Source: Vicinamibacteria bacterium
Lineage (GTDB): Bacteria; Acidobacteriota; Vicinamibacteria; Marinacidobacterales; Marinacidobacteraceae
DNA: 64,000 bases
Direction of reading: 5' to 3'
Assembly (NCBI GenBank): GCA_965115855.1
Contig: OZ220470.1
Coordinates: 1,335,376-1,399,375 of the forward strand
Position numbers and translations under genes: made by a program. Shown here in pieces: positions 56,385 to 64,000 of this stretch; the first letter of the stretch is position 1; every line of letters begins with the position of its first letter. The notes below the pieces were generated by a model, which was not told the origin of the DNA, made no database searches, and saw nothing but the letters and a program-made list of their open reading frames with translations.

Positions 56385-57962
56385 TCAGTCGTCGCTTGCG
56401 GACTCCCGCGCCGCTTCGGATTCCCCGCCGCCGGGTGGCAGCAGGTTCGCTGCGGTGGATTCCGGCGAGAGCCGCTCCACGATGGCCGCCACCGGAACCG
56501 CCAGCTTGTCCAGGAAGGGCTTGGGATACACGCCGATGAAAACGCACAGCACCACGATCGGAATGAGCGTCGCGCTCTCGCGCGGAGTGACATCGAGGAG
56601 TTTCCGGTTCTCCTCCTTGTCCAGCTTGCCGAACATCAGCCGCTGGTACAGCCACAGCAGGTAGGCGGCGCCCAACACGATACCGGAGACCGCGAAGGCG
56701 GCATACACCCAGTTGACTTGGAAGATACCTTGCAGGATCAGGAATTCGCCGATGAATCCGTTGAGCATCGGAAGCCCCATCGAGGCCAGAGCGATCACCA
56801 GGAACATCGCGGCGTACACCGGGACCACCTTGGCGATCCCGCCGTAGGCGGCGATCTCGCGGGTGTGGCGCTGCTCGTACATGATTCCGACCAGCAGGAA
56901 GAGACCGCCGGTCGAAAGGCCGTGGTTGATCATCTGCAGGATGCCGCCTTCGAGCCCCAGGGTGTTCAGGGCGAAGATCCCGAGCATCACGAAGCCGAGA
57001 TGGCTGACTGAGCTATAGGCCACCAGGCTCTTCCAGTCCTTCTGGACCAGGGCGACGAGCGCCCCGTAAATGATGCCGATGATGGCGAGGGTGGCGACCC
57101 ACCAGACGGCCTCGCGGCTCGCGTCCGGGAGCAGCGGGATCGAGAACCGGACGAATCCATAGGTTCCCATCTTCAGAAGGACGCCGGCCAGGATGACCGA
57201 TCCGGCGGTCGGAGCCTGAACGTGGGCGTCCGGCAGCCAAGTGTGGAAGGGGAACATCGGCACCTTGATGGCAAAGCCGATGAAGAACGCGAGGAAGACC
57301 CAGAACTGGAGCCCGGCTCCGTAGTCGGTTCCGAGCAGCCGGATCAGATCGAAGGTGTACTCGCCGGTGGCGCCGTGGTGCGCAAAATAGATCGCCAGGA
57401 TCCCGAGCAGCATCAGGACGCTGCCCACCAGGGTATACAGGAAGAACTTGATCGCGGCGTAGAGCTTCCGGGCGCCGCCCCAGATGCCGATGAGGAAGTA
57501 CATCGGCACCAGCATCACTTCCCAGAACACATAGAACAGGAAGAAGTCGAGGGCGACGAAGACCCCCAGCATCCCGGTCTGGAGCAGCAACAGGAAGACG
57601 TAGTACTGCTTCACCCGGTCGGTGATCGACCGCCACGAGGAGAGGATTGCGATGAAGCCGAGCAGCGTGGTCATCAGGATCAGCAGCAGGCTGATCCCGT
57701 CCATGGCGATGTTGTATTCCACTCCGATGCTGGGAATCCACTCGTAACGCTCTCCGAACTGGAACTGCGGTCCGGCGGCGTCGAAGCTGAACCACAGCGG
57801 CAGCGAAATCAGGAAGCCGATGAAGGCAGCGATGTTCGCCAGCCAGCGGATCCGGTTTTCCTGCGTCTTGTCCACGAAGAAGAGGATGGCCAGAGCCGCC
57901 AGTGCCGGAAAGAACACGACCAGCGAGAGGATCGGAAAGTTGAAGGGGTTGTTCTCGAACAT
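56385..57962 (-). CDS. nuoM: NADH-quinone oxidoreductase subunit M
   Basis: FYVFWE, AIKFFLYT, KVPMFPFHTWLPDAH, LLKMG.YG, AYSSVSH, GLP..NGF.GEF. Confidence 0.94.
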   Translation of the reverse strand: MFENNPFNFPILSLVVFFPALAALAILFFVDKTQENRIRWLANIAAFIGFLISLPLWFSFDAAGPQFQFGERYEWIPSIGVEYNIAMDGISLLLILMTTLLGFIAILSSWRSITDRVKQYYVFLLLLQTGMLGVFVALDFFLFYVFWEVMLVPMYFLIGIWGGARKLYAAIKFFLYTLVGSVLMLLGILAIYFAHHGATGEYTFDLIRLLGTDYGAGLQFWVFLAFFIGFAIKVPMFPFHTWLPDAHVQAPTAGSVILAGVLLKMGTYGFVRFSIPLLPDASREAVWWVATLAIIGIIYGALVALVQKDWKSLVAYSSVSHLGFVMLGIFALNTLGLEGGILQMINHGLSTGGLFLLVGIMYEQRHTREIAAYGGIAKVVPVYAAMFLVIALASMGLPMLNGFIGEFLILQGIFQVNWVYAAFAVSGIVLGAAYLLWLYQRLMFGKLDKEENRKLLDVTPRESATLIPIVVLCVFIGVYPKPFLDKLAVPVAAIVERLSPESTAANLLPPGGGESEAARESASDD

Positions 57963-58009
57963 CCTGGATTTCCTGGTTCACCAGGTGGTGGAAAGAGTCA
58001 CCGGCGGTC

Positions 58010-60034
58010 TTATCCCCACAGAAAGAAGGCCCCGGAGAGCACTACCAGGGCCAGCAGCATGAGAAGGGCGTAGTTCTGGAAAAGGCCGGTCTGCATCGCG
58101 CGGGCGCGCCCCGAGAGGCCATCCAGGATCTCGGCGACCAGATTCACTGCCCGGTCCACCAGATGCTGGTCGGAAAGGTCCGAGAGGTCGCCGCCGAGCC
58201 GCGTCACCGAGGCGGCGCCATTCACCGCTCCGTCCACCACCCGGTCGTCGAAGCGATTGAGCCCCTCCGCGCCCCGCAGAGTACCCTTGACCGCGGTCGC
58301 GTCGTAGATCTCGTCCACGTAGTACTTGTTGGACAACAATCGATACGCGCCGCTACCGGCGAGCGCGGCATCCCGGGTCGGAGCCGTGAGATACCGCCGC
58401 CAGGCGAACCGGATGCCGGCGAGCGCAAGCGCCACGGAGAGTCCCATCAGGGCGTATTCCACGGCGTAGGATGCGTGGTGCGGGGCGGCGGGCGCATGGC
58501 CGCCGGCGTAGATGGCCGGCTCCAGGAAGTGCTCGATGCGGTTGGCGCCACCGAGCGCCGCCGGAATCCCCACCCAGCCGGCCACGACCGACCCGGCAGC
58601 AAGGATGACCAGCGGAATCGTCATGGAGGGCGCCGACTCGTGGAGATGCTTCTCCATGGCCGCCCCACCACGAAAGTCGCCCCAGAAGGTCATGATCACC
58701 TGCCGGCTCATGTAGAACGCGGTCATCGCCGCAGCCGCGGCGGCGAGCGCCCAGAGCACGAAGTGCCCGCCCTCGAAGGTTTTCCAAAGGATTTCGTCCT
58801 TGCTGAAGAACCCGGCGAGCGGCGGGATGCCGGCGATCGCCACGGTGGCGATCATGAAGGTCCAGGCGGTGCGGGGCAGGTGGCGGACGAGGCCGCCCAT
58901 GTTCCGCATGTCCTGCATTTCGGTGTAGTGCCGCTTGCCGCCGGCCGCGTGTTCGGCGTGCTCCATCGCGTGGATCACGCTTCCCGAACCGAGGAACAGG
59001 CACGCCTTGAAGAAGGCGTGGGTCATCAGGTGGAAGACCGCCGCACCGAAGGCGCCGACCCCGGCGCCGAGGAACATGTAGCCGAGCTGCGAGACGGTGG
59101 AATAGGCGAGGACCTTCTTGATGTCGTTCTGGAAGAGCGCGATCGAAGCGGCAAGGATGGCGGTCAGCGCGCCCACGGTGGCAACCACCGCCAGCGCCGC
59201 CGGGGCGTGGGAGAACAGGACCCCGGTGCGGGCGACCATGTACACGCCGGCGGTCACCATGGTCGCGGCGTGGATGAGCGCCGAGACCGGAGTCGGCCCC
59301 TCCATCGCGTCGGGCAGCCAGACATAGAGCGGAATCTGCGCCGACTTTCCGGCGGCCCCGACAAACAGCAGAATCCCGATCGCGGTCAGCGCCCCCCCGG
59401 TGGCCCCTGCCTCGCTGATCTGTCCCATGACCCCGTAGAAGTCGAGGGTCCCGAAGGTGACGAAGGTGAGCAATACCGCGAGAATGAAACCCGCATCCCC
59501 GATCCGGTTGACCACGAAGGCCTTCTTGCCCGCCTGCGCCGCCGCGCGCCGGTCGAACCAGAACCCGATCAGCAAGTAGGAGCACAACCCCACGCCCTCC
59601 CAGCCGATGAACATCATCAGGAAGTTGGCGCCCAGCACCAGGTTCAGCATGAAGAAAGTGAACAGGTTCAGGTAGGCGAAGAAGCGGGCGAACCCGGCGT
59701 CGTGGCTCATGTACCCGAGCGAGTACACGTGGATCAGGAAGCCGATCCCGGTGACGACCAAGGTCATCACCATCGAGAGCGAATCCAGCCGGTACCCCCA
59801 GTCCACCCCCATGCCTGGAATCCAGGGGAACAGCGACTGCTCGACCCGCGCCGAGGCGCCACCCTCGACGAGGAAGGTGGTGAGGAAGAAAAAGGCCGCC
59901 AGCAGGAACGACGCGCCCACGGTGGCGCACGCGAGATACCCGGCGAGGGGCTTGCCGAGGCGCTTGCCGAACAGGCCATTGACCAGCGCACCGACGCCGG
60001 GAAGGACCGGGAGCAGCCAGAGAAGCGAGTTCAA
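58010..60034 (-). CDS. nuoL: NADH-quinone oxidoreductase subunit L
   Basis: GWEGVG.CSY.LIGF, NRIGD, GKSAQ.PL.VWLPDAMEGPTPVSALIHAATMV, HAFFKA, SKDEIL. Confidence 0.95.
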   Translation of the reverse strand: MNSLLWLLPVLPGVGALVNGLFGKRLGKPLAGYLACATVGASFLLAAFFFLTTFLVEGGASARVEQSLFPWIPGMGVDWGYRLDSLSMVMTLVVTGIGFLIHVYSLGYMSHDAGFARFFAYLNLFTFFMLNLVLGANFLMMFIGWEGVGLCSYLLIGFWFDRRAAAQAGKKAFVVNRIGDAGFILAVLLTFVTFGTLDFYGVMGQISEAGATGGALTAIGILLFVGAAGKSAQIPLYVWLPDAMEGPTPVSALIHAATMVTAGVYMVARTGVLFSHAPAALAVVATVGALTAILAASIALFQNDIKKVLAYSTVSQLGYMFLGAGVGAFGAAVFHLMTHAFFKACLFLGSGSVIHAMEHAEHAAGGKRHYTEMQDMRNMGGLVRHLPRTAWTFMIATVAIAGIPPLAGFFSKDEILWKTFEGGHFVLWALAAAAAAMTAFYMSRQVIMTFWGDFRGGAAMEKHLHESAPSMTIPLVILAAGSVVAGWVGIPAALGGANRIEHFLEPAIYAGGHAPAAPHHASYAVEYALMGLSVALALAGIRFAWRRYLTAPTRDAALAGSGAYRLLSNKYYVDEIYDATAVKGTLRGAEGLNRFDDRVVDGAVNGAASVTRLGGDLSDLSDQHLVDRAVNLVAEILDGLSGRARAMQTGLFQNYALLMLLALVVLSGAFFLWG

Positions 60035-60613
60035 TACGATGACGGTTGGGTTGCCGGGACGGATCGATTCGAGTCGGGATGGCGTCCCTTCCCGACTCCG
60101 CCGTCGGACCGGGACACCTGAGGGGCGGCCCGGGGAGAAACCCGGCCCGACGCCCCGCCGGAAAGCGGGGACGGTAACGGATCGGGGCCTCCGAAGTCAA
60201 CGCGAAAGGCCGGCAACGGTTCGACCCGCGAGAAGGGTCTTACCAATGCATATCATTTCCAATCAATGATTTATGACAAGAAACGTGCCCCGATGGACGC
60301 ACCAGCCGGATAGGGAAGGCGCCGCGCCGATGCACCCTCCCGGTCGAGCTCCCGCATCGCTCCGAAAGACCAATGTGACCGCCGGGGCCGACCCTCGCCG
60401 GCGCGCCGAGCCGCGCCTTCAGACGCTCGTCGCGGCTGGCGCCGGTCCGGCCTGCCCTCCGATAGTCGGGCCATGGCCCATGGTCCCGCGTCCTCCGGCG
60501 CCGAACCGCGACCGCAAGCCGGTTTTTCCACGGGATTCGAGGCCTTTTCGGACGTGACGCAATGAAATCCCCAGTCGTGCGTCCTGATTCTGCATGGCAG
60601 GAGGTACCGCGCC

Positions 60614-61222
60614 ATGCCCAACGAAATCGACAACCCCATCACGGGCGCCCAGCCGCCGGATCGCCGGATGTTCAACAGAAGGGGTACGCTTTTCGGCGTG
60701 CTGCTCCGCGTGACCCGCGATCCGGAGCTGGCCTATACTGCGTACACCGAGGTGATGGACATGGCGGGCGCTCACGTTCTGGCGGAGGTCCGGATCCTTG
60801 CGGTCAAGCTGGAAGCGCTGACCGGGTTGGTTCGCGGTTTGGCCGCGCGCCTGAGGGAGCTCGAAGAGCGCGTGACAGCGATCGAAAAGCGACTCGATAT
60901 ACGCATGACGGAATCCGAAAAGCGACTCGATATACGCATGACGGAATCCGAAAAGCGACTCGATATACGCATGACGGAATCCGAAAAGCGACTCGACGAA
61001 CGAATCAAGGCGTCCGAGGCGGCAACCACCGCGCGCCTCGACAAGGTTGACGCGCGCCTCGACAAGGTTGACGCGCGCCTCGACCGAATCGGGGATCAGG
61101 TGAAGGAAACCAGGGACGTGCTCTTGGCAAAGATCGACGCCGACAACGCATCGCATCGCCGGATGCTGTACGGCATGATCGTCATGTTGATGGCGGTGGT
61201 TCTCGGAACGGTCCTCCGATGA
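60614..61222 (+). CDS. Coiled-coil repeat protein with C-terminal membrane anchor
   Basis: AGGAGG RBS; (EKRLDIRMTES)x3 and (ARLDKVD)x2+ repeats; terminal TM helix. Confidence 0.7.
   Translation: MPNEIDNPITGAQPPDRRMFNRRGTLFGVLLRVTRDPELAYTAYTEVMDMAGAHVLAEVRILAVKLEALTGLVRGLAARLRELEERVTAIEKRLDIRMTESEKRLDIRMTESEKRLDIRMTESEKRLDERIKASEAATTARLDKVDARLDKVDARLDRIGDQVKETRDVLLAKIDADNASHRRMLYGMIVMLMAVVLGTVLR
60884..61084 (+). repeat. Intragenic VNTRs: 33 bp x3+ and 21 bp x2+
   Basis: GAAAAGCGACTCGATATACGCATGACGGAATCC at 60884, 60917 and 60950 (partial at 60983); CGCGCGCCTCGACAAGGTTGA from 61030. Confidence 0.9.
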
Positions 61223-61650
61223 CGCCTCAGCGCTGATCGCGACCCGCCTGGCGCATGCGCTTCGGGGCATCCGTGGGGCGCCGTCCCGTTGCATCGGGCG
61301 CGTCCGCACGCGCAGTCCGGCGCACCCGGAGGCGCCCCCATCCGGTGGAAGCCTGTTTCCGGCCAACGGTTGCGGTCTCCCCCGAACTCGATGGCGACGC
61401 TGCCACGCGGTTCCGGCGTGGGTGCGCCGGGCACGCGGTAGCCCCGGAAGCCCGATGCCGCTCGTTCGTTCGTCGACGACGGTGATCGGCACGGAGGGAG
61501 GCCGAGGGTCACCACCTCGCGCCCGCCAGGGACACGGGGGCTCCCATCGCCGCGATGCCCCTCCGGGAGATACGCCTCCGGTCGCCCCGGCGGTCGAGGC
61601 GCGGATGTCCCGGGAAGGGGGGCGAGTGCTCGCCGAGACCCCGCCGCGGA

Positions 61651-63780
61651 ATGTTCCGGTTGTCTTCGACGCCTGCCCGTTGGCGCAGCCGGGTTCTCTC
61701 AGACGCCCTGGTCGGCGGCTTCGTCCTGATTGCCACCGGCTGTGGCGACGACGACGATCCCGTTGCCCCCACCCCACCCCCGCCCGAGGCTCCTGACGCC
61801 CCCTCCAACTTCAAAGCAACCAGCGGCAAAGGCTTCGTCGAATGGTCCTGGGAACCCGTCGCCGGAGCACGAGGCTACTACATCCAAATCAGTGCCGACA
61901 ACAAATCCTTCGACCCGCCAGACTCCTTCTCACTCGTCTCCAAAAACTCTTACCGATTCCAAACCTCAAAACCTACCACCCTCTTCGCTCGAGTCAGAAC
62001 CGCCGCCGGTACACTCACCAAACCACTCTACAGCTCTTACACCGACCCCGTCAGCGCAAAATCAGACGAAACCCCACCCCCCCCAGCCGTCAAACTCGAT
62101 ACCCCAGACAACGTCTCCGCCCGAACACCAACCATAAACTCCGCCATCATCTCATGGGACGAAGTCGATGACGCCGATACTTACGAAATACAACTACGCG
62201 CCGGATCCGCAGCATGGTCCAAAGCAACCTGCACCGGTACTACAAACCCCACTTCCAATACCCAGTGCACCGCCTCCGGACTCACTCACTCCACACAATA
62301 CGACTTCCGTGTCCGCGCTATACCAGATGACGACGATAAAACTCACTCCACCAGCAACTGGTCCGATACCGCAGAATCCACCACCCTCGTCAAACCCACT
62401 ACCCCAGCAACCACCACCACCACAACCGGCGCCGGCAAGTTGAATTTGACCTGGCTCAGCAGGGGAGACGGATCCACTAAACGAACCATCACTTGGAACT
62501 GGCACCATCAGGGCGTCGGAGTGAGGTACCAGACCAAGGTGCTGGACGCTGTGCTCGACACCAAAAAACCATGCGAGGACCGCTCCAAGGCTTGGGCAGA
62601 TAATGACCGGGATCCCACCTCCTACACTTTACCTGACGACCACCCCACCATATCTACGGTCACGTCAAATATGACCAGGTTGTTGTGCGTACGCTCCGTT
62701 CGGACTACTACTGCCGGCAAGAAGGAATATGTGGAAGACTGGGCGTGGGCCGCGGCAACGCCCAGTGACGGCTCCAAAGACGACGAGGATCCCGAACATA
62801 AAGACGGCGTGACCAAATCCTTGAAATGGAAGAACATTTCGCTTGCCGCAAATGGCGAGATCGATTACGACTTCCGCTACCTTGTCGACCGCCAAGACAT
62901 ATCGACAGACGATATCAAGACCACCGCCACCAAAGCCGATCTCCAAGCGAAGTGCCAGTCCGCGAGAAATGCCGAAACACTGACGCCCGAAGGCAGTGGG
63001 ACAGATCCCGGAAGCCTCAAATACACCACCAAAGGAGACTTGGTCCCATATGCCTCCTACCGCCTATGTTATCGTGCAAGCAACGAAAAAGGCCAGTCCG
63101 AATGGGCCGTGTCGCCTTTATCAGAAAACGTCTTGTACACCGCGCCAGCAAAGGTTAGACGCGTCTCCACGATCAGCAACGTGAGAGGTACGGGAACCCT
63201 CACTTCAGGATCAAGAATATCCGACGATACTATGGCCAGTGATACGCCCCCCAATTATCACATTATCCAATGGACCGTGGACATTCCGGCCAACGCTCCC
63301 AAAATCTCCGCCACTAAAAATATCCTTACCTACTTCGACGTTGTTCTAGTGGGTAGTGGAGGCAAGGGAGCTACAGGTTCAGGTACGCCAAAAACCGACA
63401 AGCCCATTTCCAAGAGCGACCTTGACACACTCAGCAACAAAGCGGTCGAGGAGACGGGCTATCACTACTTGGTATCTTCCGGTGATACGACGACTACTGC
63501 TACGGGACCAGACAATCGTCTTTATGTTGGTGTGAGCATTGCCTATAGCGTTGCTGTTCCTCCTAACCCAGTCAACCCCAACGACGACGCTGCTTTCGCT
63601 TCCCTGAAGAGGACATCCGATACTGCTTTTGTAGCCAAAAGCGTGACTCAGGGCCAAGACGGATTCAGGCAATACAACTATATATGCGTTCGCGCCAAAT
63701 ACGACGGTACCGGTGCCGGAAAGGACCCCGGTCCCTGGGTATGCAGCGCCGGCGTCCGCAAGGAAGCAAACAAGAAGTAA
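61651..63780 (+). CDS. Fibronectin type III domain-containing surface lipoprotein
   Basis: Lipobox IATG-C; FN3 signatures (P.AP.NF...W.W.PV.GA.GY.IQ; L.TP.NV...ISW..V.DA..YEIQ...GL...TQYDFRVRA); Thr-rich linkers; lower GC than the rest of the window. Confidence 0.8.
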   Translation: MFRLSSTPARWRSRVLSDALVGGFVLIATGCGDDDDPVAPTPPPPEAPDAPSNFKATSGKGFVEWSWEPVAGARGYYIQISADNKSFDPPDSFSLVSKNSYRFQTSKPTTLFARVRTAAGTLTKPLYSSYTDPVSAKSDETPPPPAVKLDTPDNVSARTPTINSAIISWDEVDDADTYEIQLRAGSAAWSKATCTGTTNPTSNTQCTASGLTHSTQYDFRVRAIPDDDDKTHSTSNWSDTAESTTLVKPTTPATTTTTTGAGKLNLTWLSRGDGSTKRTITWNWHHQGVGVRYQTKVLDAVLDTKKPCEDRSKAWADNDRDPTSYTLPDDHPTISTVTSNMTRLLCVRSVRTTTAGKKEYVEDWAWAAATPSDGSKDDEDPEHKDGVTKSLKWKNISLAANGEIDYDFRYLVDRQDISTDDIKTTATKADLQAKCQSARNAETLTPEGSGTDPGSLKYTTKGDLVPYASYRLCYRASNEKGQSEWAVSPLSENVLYTAPAKVRRVSTISNVRGTGTLTSGSRISDDTMASDTPPNYHIIQWTVDIPANAPKISATKNILTYFDVVLVGSGGKGATGSGTPKTDKPISKSDLDTLSNKAVEETGYHYLVSSGDTTTTATGPDNRLYVGVSIAYSVAVPPNPVNPNDDAAFASLKRTSDTAFVAKSVTQGQDGFRQYNYICVRAKYDGTGAGKDPGPWVCSAGVRKEANKK

Positions 63781-63814
63781 TCAGGAACAAAAACCCGCCC
63801 AGTTTGCCAAGGCG

Positions 63815-63848
63815 AACCCCCGGTGTCCGGTTCGGTGCCGGGGGTTTT
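63815..63848 (+). terminator. Rho-independent terminator after the FN3 gene
   Basis: Stem AACCCCCGG/CCGGGGGTT running into TTTT. Confidence 0.6.
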
Positions 63849-64000
63849 CCTCCATTCCGTTACAAGTCCCTCTCGGCCGTGCCTTGCCGTATGGTTTCCT
63901 TTCGATGGCCCTGCAAGCGCAGGTTGAGGGGGTCCTGGCCTGGATGCATACTTCGGGTGGGCTGTCTGCTGATCATGTGCGTGCGGCCCGACGCGATCGA

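Noticed and set aside
61651-63780. Diversity-generating retroelement target
   Set aside because: No reverse transcriptase and no TR/VR repeat pair were seen in the window.

Overview
High-GC bacterial chromosomal window. The gene content (tandem DUF507 pair, split atpZ-I-B-E operon behind nuoL-nuoM, many secreted peptidases and amidohydrolases, TonB receptors) is most like Acidobacteriota; this is an inference. It carries housekeeping genes (gap; pgk-tpiA-secG-tRNA-Leu; pheS-pheT; pheA; tsaD; mtnA; nuoLM-atpZIBE; tRNA-Asp), a cobalamin riboswitch-TonB receptor-PduO unit and an eroded ~4-kb defence island (type III R-M mod and res remnants, hicA split by an intact IS1634, hicB, an internally deleted ISL3). 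Three signals are not explained by the ORF track. (1) A SelW/Rdx-family selenoprotein gene at 4171-4395(-) with an in-frame TGA in a CxxU motif and a SECIS-like hairpin. (2) Two intergenic tandem arrays with different sequences but the same ~132-bp period (17 copies at 43.6-45.9 kb; 4 copies plus degenerate flanks at 49.0-49.6 kb), each unit able to form two hairpins. (3) A compositionally mosaic FN3 lipoprotein gene at the right end. Family assignments come from motif recognition by eye; no database searches were run.
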